DNA from: an uncultured Muribaculaceae bacterium | Lineage (GTDB): Bacteria; Bacillota_I; Bacilli_A; RF39; UBA660 | Length of the DNA: 64,000 nucleotides | Assembly: GCA_964545885.1 (NCBI GenBank) | Contig: CAZJHG010000001.1 | Location: forward strand, 31,607 to 95,606 | Direction of reading: 5' to 3' | Shown: positions 1-9,705 of the stretch, one piece after another | Position numbering within the stretch: the stretch's first letter is position 1 | Layout of the letters: each line of letters begins with the position of its first letter | Program-made: the position numbers and the translations under genes | Notes under the pieces: generated by a model | Databases searched by the model: none | What the model saw: the letters and a program-made list of their open reading frames with translations, nothing else | Told to the model about the DNA's origin: nothing

Positions 1-2
1 AT

Positions 3-890
3 GATAAATATTCAAAGATATTTATTACAGGAACTTTATGTATTGAAACTATAATTTTAATAGGAACATTACAAGTAATGATTCCTCTTATTCTTGTCTT
101 ATATTACGTAAAGAAAGAAAAAATAAACGAAGATATACTATTTATTCCAATATTCTATAGTTTATCTATATTTTTTATAAGTAATGAAATAATACGTACC
201 ATTATAGGTATTATACTAAGTATTGTATATACATATTTTTCTACTAAAAAAGAAAAAATTAATATTTATTTAATATTCTCATTTATAGCTTTAGTTTTAA
301 CTTGCTTATCTAGTGAATTAAACAGTATTCTTAGTTTTATACTATTCTTTATTTGGAGTATCATTCATTACTTTTATAGCAAAGAAAAAGAATTCTTTAA
401 ATTATCGTCAGTATTAAGTTTACTAGGTGTATATATAAGTTTATTAAATAATTTAAATGTCAATATGTGGTCCTCATATAGTCTAGGTATTTACATTAGT
501 TTAATGTTTATTACTAGATTTGTATTTAAAATAAAAAACGAGAATTTATATATACTAGAAAGTATTATAGTATGTCTAATTACATTTGTATCTTCATTTA
601 TTATTGGTGACGTAGTAGATGGATTACTTTTAATCTTTATTTTATTAATTCTAGCCATCTTATCTTATACCAAAAATTATAATAACTATTTATATGGTTA
701 CATAATAAGTATGATAGGATGTATAATAATATTATCTAGTGAATATTTAAAAGATATTCCTTGGTATGTATATATTCTCTTAATTGGACTATCATTAATT
801 ATTTTTGCATTATTTGATGAGAAGAAAAAGCAAAGTAAAAAAAATATTTCTTCATCTGACGAGCAAAAAAGCAACTCACAAACAAAGTGA
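3..890 (+). CDS. polytopic membrane protein, 5' end outside the window
   Basis: The frame of track ORF 78..890 stays open back to nt 3 with no stop. The sequence is very hydrophobic with multiple predicted TM segments and ends in TGA. Confidence 0.6.
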   Translation, partial: DKYSKIFITGTLCIETIILIGTLQVMIPLILVLYYVKKEKINEDILFIPIFYSLSIFFISNEIIRTIIGIILSIVYTYFSTKKEKINIYLIFSFIALVLTCLSSELNSILSFILFFIWSIIHYFYSKEKEFFKLSSVLSLLGVYISLLNNLNVNMWSSYSLGIYISLMFITRFVFKIKNENLYILESIIVCLITFVSSFIIGDVVDGLLLIFILLILAILSYTKNYNNYLYGYIISMIGCIIILSSEYLKDIPWYVYILLIGLSLIIFALFDEKKKQSKKNISSSDEQKSNSQTK

Positions 891-900
891 GTTGTTTTAT
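871..900 (+). terminator. intrinsic terminator
   Basis: GCAACTCAC / GTGAGTTGT 9-bp stem (one G-T pair), 7-nt loop, followed by TTTTAT. The stem overlaps the stop codon. Confidence 0.65.
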
Positions 901-1015
901 ATTATATTTAACTTTAGTAACTAGAATCTAATATTATTAGATTGATAATTTTGTAATACATATAAAATATAAATCATAAACTTAAAAAGAACATATAGTC
1001 TTGTTAAAATAAAAA

Positions 1016-1024
1016 TGCTATAAT
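1016..1024 (+). promoter_or_regulatory. extended -10 promoter element (TGcTATAAT)
   Basis: TGCTATAAT lies 26 nt upstream of the 1050 start codon. No good -35 was seen. Confidence 0.45.
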
Positions 1025-1049
1025 ATCTATAATAAAGTAGAGTGGTAGT

Positions 1050-2747
1050 ATGAAAAAAGTAAAAAAATATTTATTATTAGTTTTAATTTTATTAATTCCA
1101 ATAGTTACTAAAGCAAGTGATTATAAAGTAGATAACTACGATTTTATAGTTGATGTATCTGAAAAAAGAGAATATTCATATGAAGAAAATATAAATGTCA
1201 TTTTTGATGATAGTAATGTAATTGTTACAAAAGAATTAGATAAATCTATCAAAGATATCGATTTAAACACCAATTACATAATAGAGACCAAAACAAATAA
1301 GATATTAAAAATAGATGGTCAAAATAGCAAAAAAGATTTATATAATCTGAAGTATACATATAATCAAGAAGATTATGATAAAGATATATATGAAATTGAA
1401 TTAACAAATACTTGGAATGCAGAATTAAAAAATATTTCCTTTTACATAACATTAAATGAAGATTTCAACAAAAATAATGTGGATTTTTACTTAAATGGTA
1501 AAAAGATTAAAAATATAGATTTTGAAATAGATGGAACTACTATCAAAGGTACATATGAATCTTTAGATGAATATGATGTCTTATTAGTAAAAGTAGATTA
1601 TACAAAGCTATATTTTAATACAGCTACTGGGATAGCTACTATCGTCCCAATTATTCTAACAATAATTAGTGGTTTACTATGGTATTTATATGGAAAAGAT
1701 TTAAAATATAGCGAGTCAAAAGCAACCAACTTACCAAGTAATTTAACTCCATTAGACTTAGCACTTTTATATAATGGAATGGTAAAAGAAAGTGATTTAT
1801 TTAGTTTATTATTACACCTAGCTAATAACGGATATATCAAAATAATAGAAAATTCAAATAATGATTATACTATCAAAAGATTAAAAGAATATGATGGTAA
1901 AAATTATAAAGAAGCATTATTTCTTAAGTCTTTATTTCGTAAAAATTCAAATGTTACATTAAGTGAATACATAAAGATAATATCAGATACTGAAAATAAG
2001 GAAGGCAAACTTGAATTAGATAAAGCAATAACAAAAGAAAACATATATCAAAGATTTCAAAGAACTGAAAAAACAATCTTACCATTAGCAAATGATAAAG
2101 AAGAAAAAAACAAGTACTTTGAAAAAACTTCTGAAAGAAAAAAAGCTTACTTAATGTTAATATTAGCGACAATTTTGATATTATTAACATCAGTACCATT
2201 TATTGAAATAAACAAACTATATTTATTACCTATATCAGTAATATTTAGTATCATAACTTTATACGTATTAATGAGTTTTGTTGAAAATAGCGAATTTAAA
2301 TTAACTAAGAAAAATTTAATAACTCTTACAATTTTATCTTTAGTAGTTTTGATAATTATGTTGCTTCCAGCATTTAGAAGAAACCGTATATATATTATTA
2401 CTTTTTTCGTAAGTGCAATTTGTATAATAGCAATATTAGTTTTCTATAAATATATGCCAAAAAGAACTTTATATGGTACAAAGTTATTTGCTAGGGTAGA
2501 AGCATTTAAAAAATATATTTATGAAGATAACTATGAAGAATCTATATCTAAAGAAGAAAATTATTTACTAAATATTCTTCCGTATACATATGTTTTAGGA
2601 ATAGAAAATCATATTTTAAAGAAAATAAAAAAAGATAATATAACCCCTAAATATTATGAAATAAAAAGTGGATATACACCACAAAAATTTATTAATTCGC
2701 TATCAAGACTACAAGAGTTTATAAAAACTAAAAATGAAGACCGATAA
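1050..2747 (+). CDS. DUF2207-type membrane protein
   Basis: N-terminal signal peptide, an extracellular domain, a TM segment, a cytoplasmic LTPLDLALLYNG-type segment and C-terminal TM helices. This architecture is typical of DUF2207. RBS GAGTGG. Confidence 0.65.
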   Translation: MKKVKKYLLLVLILLIPIVTKASDYKVDNYDFIVDVSEKREYSYEENINVIFDDSNVIVTKELDKSIKDIDLNTNYIIETKTNKILKIDGQNSKKDLYNLKYTYNQEDYDKDIYEIELTNTWNAELKNISFYITLNEDFNKNNVDFYLNGKKIKNIDFEIDGTTIKGTYESLDEYDVLLVKVDYTKLYFNTATGIATIVPIILTIISGLLWYLYGKDLKYSESKATNLPSNLTPLDLALLYNGMVKESDLFSLLLHLANNGYIKIIENSNNDYTIKRLKEYDGKNYKEALFLKSLFRKNSNVTLSEYIKIISDTENKEGKLELDKAITKENIYQRFQRTEKTILPLANDKEEKNKYFEKTSERKKAYLMLILATILILLTSVPFIEINKLYLLPISVIFSIITLYVLMSFVENSEFKLTKKNLITLTILSLVVLIIMLLPAFRRNRIYIITFFVSAICIIAILVFYKYMPKRTLYGTKLFARVEAFKKYIYEDNYEESISKEENYLLNILPYTYVLGIENHILKKIKKDNITPKYYEIKSGYTPQKFINSLSRLQEFIKTKNEDR

Positions 2748-2763
2748 ATCTTCATTTTTTTTA
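2734..2763 (+). terminator. intrinsic terminator
   Basis: ATGAAGA / TCTTCAT stem, 8-nt loop, T8 run. Confidence 0.7.
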
Positions 2764-2826
2764 ATAATTTAAATCATCCTAGTATGATATAATTATTCTA
2801 GGATACCAATAATATTAGGAGGAACT

Positions 2827-3045
2827 ATGGAACCAACGATATCTCAAATAAAAGAATATTTAAGAGAAAAAAATATAGATATTTTTCAAGTATTAAACAT
2901 TGATATTACAAAAGATAGTAATAATTTCATATTTGGGTCTAATCATAATGAAGTTTATTATCAATATTACTTAGAACATAGTTTAGAAATAGGTGAATGG
3001 TTAGTTAGTAATTTAAGCATAGAAGAAAGCACTCTTTCTTATTAA
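2827..3045 (+). CDS. small hypothetical protein (72 aa)
   Basis: GGAGGA RBS 5 nt upstream and its own terminator downstream. Confidence 0.5.
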   Translation: MEPTISQIKEYLREKNIDIFQVLNIDITKDSNNFIFGSNHNEVYYQYYLEHSLEIGEWLVSNLSIEESTLSY

Positions 3046-3072
3046 CAGTATATTTTAGTATACTGTTTTTTT
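3045..3072 (+). terminator. intrinsic terminator
   Basis: ACAGTATA / TATACTGT 8-bp stem followed by a T run. Confidence 0.75.
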
Positions 3073-3145
3073 AAAATAAGCCTATACAAATTTGACAAAT
3101 TTAAGTATAATTATATATAGGGTAGAAAGATATGGAGGTACATCT

Positions 3146-4468
3146 ATGAACATAGTTATTCCAAAACCTGTAAATGAAATATTAAATGTTATAAATGAAA
3201 ATGGCTATGAAGCATATATAGTAGGTGGTGCAGTTCGTAATTGGGTTATGGATGTTAAACCATCTAATTATAATATTAGTACAAATGCCTCTATAGAAGA
3301 TATAAAAAAGGCCCTTAAAGATTATCAAACATTCTATTGTGGAGAAAATAATGCTAATTTGGGTATTGTTAATTCTAAATTTCCAATGGAAATATCTCAA
3401 TATCGTACAAAAGAAAATACTTTAGAAGCTGATTTAGCTTCAAGAGATTTTACTATGAATGCTTTAGCATATTCGGATGAAGACGGACTAATTGACTATA
3501 ATACAGGAGTTTTAGATATTAATAATAAGGTAATTAAAGTAAATGGTGAAGAAGATGAAGTATTCTATAATGATCCGTTAAGAATTTTAAGAGCAATTAG
3601 ATTATCTGCTGAGTATGGAATGAGAATTGATCCAGAAACTCAAGAATATATGGATGATAACCGCAATCTTTTAAAAGAAGTAGCACCAGAACGTATAAGA
3701 GATGAACTATGTAAATTATTAGTCGTTCCTAGATGTGATTTCTATATCAAAAAATATTTCGATATTTTCTTAGAAGTTTTACCGGAACTTGCTTTACTAG
3801 AAAGATTTAATCAAAATGATCCGCATCATATTTATGATGCTTTAGAACATACTTACGTAACACTTAAAGTTATTGAACCAAGACTAGACCTACGTTTAGC
3901 GGCTTTATTTCATGATATAGCTAAGCCATATACATATTGTAAAAAAGCCGATGGAACAGCTGAATATCCAAATCATAGTAAAAAAGGTGCTGACATAACA
4001 AGAGAAATTATGAATCGTTTAAAATTTAATAAAAAAATGATTCAAAAAGTAACAAGACTTGTTGAATTTCATGACTATGAACCACCAGAAAACGAAATGC
4101 GTATCAAGAACTTCTTATCTAACTTTGGTAGTGAAAATCTAGAAGATTTATTTAAGCTGAAGAAAGCAAACTTTTATGCTAAAAATCCAGCTTATACATC
4201 AGAATTAACTAAAATTGAAGATGCATACAATAAATTAAAGGGTATCACCAGAAAATCTTCTTTCTTAAAGAGAAACGAATTGAAGCTATCTGGCAAAGAT
4301 TTACTAGACTTAGGTGTAGAACAAGAATATATTGGTCAAGTATTAGATCAAATATATAATATGATTCTTGAAGGAAAACTAAAAAATAATAGAGATAAAC
4401 TAATAGATTATATAATAAATGATGTATTACCATCTGGGTATGATAATGAGTTATTTATTCAAGCATAA
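3146..4468 (+). CDS. cca: CCA-adding tRNA nucleotidyltransferase with HD domain
   Basis: GGAVRN nucleotidyltransferase motif, RILRAIRL, and an HD motif (LFHDIAKP). I place the start at ATG 3146, which sits 6 nt after GGAGGT, rather than at the track start 3092. Confidence 0.8.
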   Translation: MNIVIPKPVNEILNVINENGYEAYIVGGAVRNWVMDVKPSNYNISTNASIEDIKKALKDYQTFYCGENNANLGIVNSKFPMEISQYRTKENTLEADLASRDFTMNALAYSDEDGLIDYNTGVLDINNKVIKVNGEEDEVFYNDPLRILRAIRLSAEYGMRIDPETQEYMDDNRNLLKEVAPERIRDELCKLLVVPRCDFYIKKYFDIFLEVLPELALLERFNQNDPHHIYDALEHTYVTLKVIEPRLDLRLAALFHDIAKPYTYCKKADGTAEYPNHSKKGADITREIMNRLKFNKKMIQKVTRLVEFHDYEPPENEMRIKNFLSNFGSENLEDLFKLKKANFYAKNPAYTSELTKIEDAYNKLKGITRKSSFLKRNELKLSGKDLLDLGVEQEYIGQVLDQIYNMILEGKLKNNRDKLIDYIINDVLPSGYDNELFIQA

Positions 4469-4470
4469 CA

Positions 4471-4498
4471 AAAGTACTTTTTGCCAAAGTACTTTTTT
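4471..4498. terminator. bidirectional terminator between convergent genes
   Basis: Two copies of the self-complementary AAAGTACTTT separated by TTGCC form a 10-bp stem, flanked by an A run and a T run. Confidence 0.7.
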
Positions 4499-4907
4499 AA
4501 TTTAGGAAATCTTCAATTAATTGTTCGTCAGATATTTCGTTCATAGCTCCATCAATCATATCTTCTGTAGCATCTTTATAGTTATCAACTAGTGTACCAT
4601 CTTCATATTCGCTTACAATTATTTCTGTACCATCATTTAATTCGAATAAGTACTCGTATAGTAAATCACTTTCAGAAGTACATTTTTTAAACCATAATGA
4701 TTTACAATCAGTTATATCTTCATAAACATATTCTGTATATTTCTTAGCTAGTAAATCTGCATTTTTAAAATTGTATTTCTCTATTAAATATTCTTTTGCT
4801 TCAGATGCATGAATATCAACATATGCAGCATAACCGATAATAATCATAACTACTATTAATGCTAAAACGATAATTGTAATCAATATTTTTTTAATTACTT
4901 TAGACAT
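4497..4907 (-). CDS. membrane-anchored hypothetical protein
   Basis: Start at internal ATG 4907 (MSKVIKK...) preceded by GGGTGGA. One N-terminal TM segment followed by an acidic domain. Confidence 0.55.
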   Translation of the reverse strand: MSKVIKKILITIIVLALIVVMIIIGYAAYVDIHASEAKEYLIEKYNFKNADLLAKKYTEYVYEDITDCKSLWFKKCTSESDLLYEYLFELNDGTEIIVSEYEDGTLVDNYKDATEDMIDGAMNEISDEQLIEDFLN

Positions 4908-5006
4908 ATTTCCACCCTTCTTCAATACTTTGTATAGCCAAATTATAACATATAATTCTACACATTTTACTAATAAGTGGTATAATAATTGCAAGGAGGA
5001 TTTGTT

Positions 5007-5879
5007 ATGATAAAGAAATTTATATCAGAATTCATTGGAACACTACTATTAGTATTCTTTGGATGCGGAGCTGCTGTAGCACTTAACCAATACGTTGGAA
5101 GTATCTATACTGGTTCACTAGTATTTAATTTAGTTGCAATAGCTTTAGCATTTGGATTAGCATTAGTAGCAATAATTGCAATTTTCGGTAATATTTCTGG
5201 CGCTCATGTTAACCCAGCAGTTTCAATTGCTAGTTTAATTGATGGCAGAATATCTATCGGAGAATGCTGTTATTACATTGGAGCTCAATTATTAGGAGGA
5301 GTAGCTGGTGCTGGAATATTATCAATGATATTTGGCAGTGCTGAGTCATTAGGTGCAAACCTTTATGAAACTTCTAGTGCATTAGGTGCTATGGTTACTA
5401 CAAACGTAGCATTTATTGTAGAATTGATGCTAACATTCGTATTTGTTTTAGTGGTATTATCTGTTACTAAAAAAGAAAATAATTGTTCAGGGGTAATTAT
5501 TGGTTTAACATTAACATTAGTTCATATTTTTGGACTTCCATTTACTGGAACAAGTGTTAATCCAGCAAGAAGCCTTGGACCTGCATTATTAACAGGTGGT
5601 GTTGCTATGGAACAACTATGGTTATTTATACTTGCTCCAATGGTAGGTGGTGTATTAGCAGGACTTCTTTATAGATTTGTTCTTAATCTTGATGAAAAGA
5701 AAATAGCATACGTTGACGATGTAGAAGAAGAAATGTATGATGAAGATGAAGAAGAAGTTGAAGAAGAACCTAAGGTAGAGAAAGTTGTTGAAGAAAAACC
5801 AAAAAAGACAACTACTACAAAAAAAACATCATCAAAAACTACAACAAAAAAGGCAACAACTAAAACAGCAAAAGAATAG
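5007..5879 (+). CDS. MIP-family aquaporin with low-complexity C-terminal tail
   Basis: Two NPA boxes (HVNPAVS, SVNPARS) and six hydrophobic segments. Start at ATG 5007 after AGGAGGA. Confidence 0.85.
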   Translation: MIKKFISEFIGTLLLVFFGCGAAVALNQYVGSIYTGSLVFNLVAIALAFGLALVAIIAIFGNISGAHVNPAVSIASLIDGRISIGECCYYIGAQLLGGVAGAGILSMIFGSAESLGANLYETSSALGAMVTTNVAFIVELMLTFVFVLVVLSVTKKENNCSGVIIGLTLTLVHIFGLPFTGTSVNPARSLGPALLTGGVAMEQLWLFILAPMVGGVLAGLLYRFVLNLDEKKIAYVDDVEEEMYDEDEEEVEEEPKVEKVVEEKPKKTTTTKKTSSKTTTKKATTKTAKE

Positions 5880-5930
5880 TACTTATTCGTTATTGAAATT
5901 AATAATAAGTATTGAAAAAGTTTGTAAAAA

Positions 5931-5962
5931 AATACGTTCCATAGTTAGGAACGTATTTTTAT
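5931..5962. terminator. bidirectional terminator (aquaporin / hsp20)
   Basis: AATACGTTCC / GGAACGTATT 10-bp stem, 7-nt loop, T run on the right and A run on the left. Confidence 0.8.
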
Positions 5963-6000
5963 ATTGCTTTAAATAGTTTAAATAGTATTTTTTTACATTA

Positions 6001-6399
6001 TTAATCAATATTAATAACTTTCTTAGTTTCATTTTTAACGGTTTTAGGAATAATTACTTTTAAACAACCATTATTAAATTCTGCTTTTATAGAATCTTCA
6101 TCAATTTCTGCAAAGTTAAATGTTCTTGTGATTTTGCCAAAAAATCTTTCTCTTCTTATATATTTTCTATTACAATCAGTATTTTCGTTATCCATTGTTC
6201 TATCAGCTGTAATTGTTAACACCCCATCTTCACATACGATAGTAATATTTTTTTTATCATATCCAGGTACATCCATTTCAATGTTATAAGTGTCTTCAGT
6301 CTCATAAATATCGCATTTCATTTCGTTAGGCATTTTTTGTACTCTTCCTAAATCTTCAAAAATATCATCTAAATAAAAATTTCTTGGAATTAAACTCAT
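6001..6399 (-). CDS. hsp20: Hsp20/alpha-crystallin small heat-shock protein
   Basis: Alpha-crystallin-domain pattern (DIYETEDTYNIEMDVPGYDKKNITI ... GVLTI ... F..G.L.V.IPK). RBS GAAGGAAA. Confidence 0.85.
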   Translation of the reverse strand: MSLIPRNFYLDDIFEDLGRVQKMPNEMKCDIYETEDTYNIEMDVPGYDKKNITIVCEDGVLTITADRTMDNENTDCNRKYIRRERFFGKITRTFNFAEIDEDSIKAEFNNGCLKVIIPKTVKNETKKVINID

Positions 6400-6439
6400 T
6401 TAATTTTCCTTCTTTCTGTAAACAAGTATATCTCTTTAA

Positions 6440-6466
6440 TTAGCACTTGTCAATAAAGAGTGCTAA
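6440..6466. promoter_or_regulatory. CIRCE operator (HrcA binding site)
   Basis: TTAGCACTT-N9-GAGTGCTAA compared with the consensus TTAGCACTC-N9-GAGTGCTAA. It lies 41 nt upstream of the hsp20 start and directly abuts a minus-strand TATAAT. Confidence 0.85.
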
Positions 6467-6490
6467 TTATATATTTATTTTATGTTCTTT

Positions 6491-6520
6491 TTACATATTT
6501 ATACATTTTTTTGTTATAAT
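6491..6520 (+). promoter_or_regulatory. promoter of the dihydrouridine synthase gene
   Basis: TTACAT, 18-nt spacer, then TGtTATAAT (extended -10), 22 nt upstream of ATG 6543. Confidence 0.5.
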
Positions 6521-6542
6521 ACAAACGACTGAGGTGATTAGC

Positions 6543-7532
6543 ATGTGGAAAATAGGTAATGTAGAAATAAAAAATAAAATAGTACTAGCTCCTATGGCTG
6601 GAATATCAAACACATCATATCGTAAGATTATTAAGGAAATGGGAGCCGGTTTAATATACGCTGAGATGGTCAGTGATAAAGCAATTATGTATTCAAACGA
6701 AAAGACATTTGATTTATTAAAAATGGATGAAATGGAAAGACCTATCACACAACAAATATTTGGTAGTGACGTTGAATCATTTGTAACAGCCGCTAAAATA
6801 ATAGAGGAGAAAATGCACCCAGATATTATAGATATTAATATGGGATGCCCAGTTCCTAAAGTGGCAATTCGTGCTCAAGCTGGCAGTGCATTGTTAAAAA
6901 ATCCAGATAAAATTTATGAAATAGTAAAAGCTGTAGTCGAAAGTGTTTCAGTACCTGTAACTGTAAAAATAAGAAGTGGTTGGGATGAAAAACATATTAA
7001 TGCAGTAGAAGTTGCTCAAGTATGCGAAAAAGCAGGAGCCAAAGCTATTGCTATTCACGCTCGCACTCGTTCACAAGGTTATAGTGGTAAAGCAGATTGG
7101 TCTATTATAAAAAAAGTAAAAGAATCTGTATCCATTCCAGTAATAGGAAATGGTGATGTAACAACACCAGAATTAGCTAAAGAAATGTTAGATACTACAG
7201 GATGTGACGCAGTAATGATAGGTAGAGGAGTACTAGGTAATCCATGGCTAATCAAAGAATGTGTTGAATATTTAGAAAAAGGCACCAAGCCAGAACCAAC
7301 TTCGTTTATTGAAAAAGTAGATATGATGAAAAGACACTATAAGATGCTATTAGAAGACAAGTGTGAAAAAGCAGCATTGTTAGAAATAAGAAGTTTTATT
7401 ATATGGTACCTAAAAGGAATGCCTAAAAGCAAAGAAATTAAAAATCAAATTTGTCAAAGTAAAACTAGTGAAGAAATGTTTCGTATCATAGAAGATTACA
7501 AAAATTATTTATTAGAAGTATCTGAAAAATAA
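6543..7532 (+). CDS. dusB: tRNA-dihydrouridine synthase (DusB-like)
   Basis: [23 protein letters not shown] and the NMGCP motif. Start at ATG 6543 after GAGGTGA. The track extension back to 6447 covers the promoter and CIRCE. Confidence 0.85.
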   Translation: MWKIGNVEIKNKIVLAPMAGISNTSYRKIIKEMGAGLIYAEMVSDKAIMYSNEKTFDLLKMDEMERPITQQIFGSDVESFVTAAKIIEEKMHPDIIDINMGCPVPKVAIRAQAGSALLKNPDKIYEIVKAVVESVSVPVTVKIRSGWDEKHINAVEVAQVCEKAGAKAIAIHARTRSQGYSGKADWSIIKKVKESVSIPVIGNGDVTTPELAKEMLDTTGCDAVMIGRGVLGNPWLIKECVEYLEKGTKPEPTSFIEKVDMMKRHYKMLLEDKCEKAALLEIRSFIIWYLKGMPKSKEIKNQICQSKTSEEMFRIIEDYKNYLLEVSEK

Positions 7533-7555
7533 CACCCTAAAGTGTTATTTTTTTA
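7528..7555 (+). terminator. intrinsic terminator
   Basis: AATAACAC / GTGTTATT stem followed by T6. It overlaps the convergent gene's stop codon. Confidence 0.65.
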
Positions 7556-8592
7556 TACATATCATTTTCGTATAGAACAACATTAGTATTTAACGTTATT
7601 CCGTATTTAGAAAGGATATCTAATATATTATATTGTGTAGCATTAAGTATAATGTCTTGAAGTATTTTTAAAGCTAATTCTTTATTTTTATGATATAAAA
7701 CATACAACTCAACAGCAATCAAATAAGGAATCTGATAAGAATTATCTTGCATTAAATTAGCTTCTAATAAATAACAAATATCATCCATATCAAAATCATG
7801 CATAGCAAGATACTCGAATAATTTTTTTTCATTCAGCTCTTTTTTATCATTAACTAGATTAAGTAGTCTATACTTATCTATTAAAATAGTTGCTTGAGAT
7901 TTTATTATAGTATGTAAATAGTTTCTCCTTTGGAATCCATCATTAAGTAATTGGTATTTATTAGCTATAAAATCACTCGCAAGTAATTCAAAAAATATGG
8001 CGGATGTTTCTCGTATAACATAATCATTTAAAAAATCAGGATTATAAAAAAAGTCTATACAATGTTCTAATTCATGAATTAAAATAGTGAATTTTGTTAT
8101 ATTAGAATGATTAGGTACAAATACAAATGCTTCACCAGTGCTTTTTAACATTAAGGTTTCCCCGTCAGTATCAGCATCCTTGTCAACAAACTTTAAATGA
8201 TCATCAGCTTCATCAGCAAACTCTTCAAATTGTGAATAAAAGAAATCACCTTGTAGTTGAAAAAAATCTTTAGCATTTTCCATAGTTTGTTCATCACTCA
8301 TACAAAATGGAGTATAGACAGTGTCAAAAGCTAATTCTTCTTGACATCTACCTAACGTAGCAAAATTATGGAAAATAGGGTAAAAAGGCTTATAAAAATG
8401 TAAATCTTCCGCATCATCTATCAATTTTTCATACAAAGAAATATCCGATTCCATAAATTTATTTTCTAGGCGATTTATGTATCCACTTAAGCAATGAATA
8501 TCTGAACTAACAACGGAATCTTCTTCGTACAATCGCAATGTATTAAGTATTAATTTTAAATCATTAATTTTTATATCGTAAGCTTTTTCCAT
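7537..8592 (-). CDS. short M3-like zinc metallopeptidase paralog 3 (HELEH)
   Basis: HELEH with a downstream ETSAIFFEL motif, matching the M3/PepF-type HExxH...E arrangement. RBS AAAGGAG. Its start overlaps the upstream gene's end by 29 nt. Confidence 0.6.
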   Translation of the reverse strand: MEKAYDIKINDLKLILNTLRLYEEDSVVSSDIHCLSGYINRLENKFMESDISLYEKLIDDAEDLHFYKPFYPIFHNFATLGRCQEELAFDTVYTPFCMSDEQTMENAKDFFQLQGDFFYSQFEEFADEADDHLKFVDKDADTDGETLMLKSTGEAFVFVPNHSNITKFTILIHELEHCIDFFYNPDFLNDYVIRETSAIFFELLASDFIANKYQLLNDGFQRRNYLHTIIKSQATILIDKYRLLNLVNDKKELNEKKLFEYLAMHDFDMDDICYLLEANLMQDNSYQIPYLIAVELYVLYHKNKELALKILQDIILNATQYNILDILSKYGITLNTNVVLYENDMYKKITL

Positions 8593-9703
8593 CTTTAAGC
8601 TCCTTTGCTTTATCCATCAGTATTTCTATGTAGCTATCAAAATGTTTACCAGGCTCTAATCCTAATTTTTTAATAAAACCTAAATATTCTTGATTACTTC
8701 TTTCCTCTTGCATAATTATTTTAAATAACAAGTCTAAAGCCTTATCGGGAAAACTTTGATAAATCAAGTATAATTCGATAGCTGTCAAATAAGATATTAT
8801 ATAATGCATTATATCTCTTATATATGTATTTAAAATATCAGTAGTTCCATATTTATCACATCCTACGCCAGAAAGATATTTTTTTACAGTCCTTTTACTA
8901 GTTAATTCTTTATATGTAAGTGCATTATACATATCTAGCTTAGTACAAATTAACTGAGCAGAGTAGAGATAATCATTTAAACATTCAATATTTATATTAA
9001 AACTATCTTTCTGTAAGTTTAAATTTTTTCCAATATAATCTATTCCTAGAAGTTCAAAAAACAAAGAATCAACTTCTATTAAACAATATTTTTCTATATC
9101 CCACATCGCCTCAGAGTTTAAAGAACAGGATATCCCGTGACCAAACTCATGTATTGCAGAAATATAATCTTGTGCTGTGTAATTATATCCAATTTCGAAG
9201 AAAGTAATATCAGTTTTGTAAATAGAATAGGTTTGACCAAATTCTTTCGCAGCATCTCCAATTTTTTTAAAATGTAATGTATGTTTAAAATTTTTAGCTA
9301 AAGTAGAATATGAGTCATTAAAGACACCATTAAATTGACCATAAAAATCTTTACTAGTTCTTAAGACTTTTCCAATGGTTGTATCGACTTTGCTTAATTC
9401 AGTTGGATTAATGATTAATCTAGTATTATAATCATTTAATAATCTTATATAGGGGCATGAATAACCATATTTATCTATAATATGTGAATCGCTATGTATC
9501 ATATCACCAAATGATGAAATTTCATAATTAACAGGCGTAAATCTTTGTTTACGTATCATTTCATAATATCTATCTATTACGCAAAGAATCGAATTAAGAG
9601 TACTTTGATATTGTAATGACTGCATTGGATCATTAGTAACTTCAACTAAAATTTCATATTGTTTTTTAAGCTTTTTTAAATAATTAATATCCCAATGTTG
9701 CAT
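8564..9703 (-). CDS. short M3-like zinc metallopeptidase paralog 2 (HEFGH)
   Basis: HEFGH with a downstream IEVDSLFFEL motif. It starts 2 nt after the upstream paralog's stop. Confidence 0.6.
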   Translation of the reverse strand: MQHWDINYLKKLKKQYEILVEVTNDPMQSLQYQSTLNSILCVIDRYYEMIRKQRFTPVNYEISSFGDMIHSDSHIIDKYGYSCPYIRLLNDYNTRLIINPTELSKVDTTIGKVLRTSKDFYGQFNGVFNDSYSTLAKNFKHTLHFKKIGDAAKEFGQTYSIYKTDITFFEIGYNYTAQDYISAIHEFGHGISCSLNSEAMWDIEKYCLIEVDSLFFELLGIDYIGKNLNLQKDSFNINIECLNDYLYSAQLICTKLDMYNALTYKELTSKRTVKKYLSGVGCDKYGTTDILNTYIRDIMHYIISYLTAIELYLIYQSFPDKALDLLFKIIMQEERSNQEYLGFIKKLGLEPGKHFDSYIEILMDKAKELKDGKSLRYKN

Positions 9704-9705
9704 AA

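Noticed and set aside
3092-3145. Track-derived N-terminal extensions of cca (3092), dusB (6447), the YibE/F gene (17689), the aquaporin (4989), the LysR gene (60006) and others
   Set aside because: The internal ATGs have properly spaced SD sequences. The extensions cover promoters, the CIRCE operator or a terminator (17721-17746).
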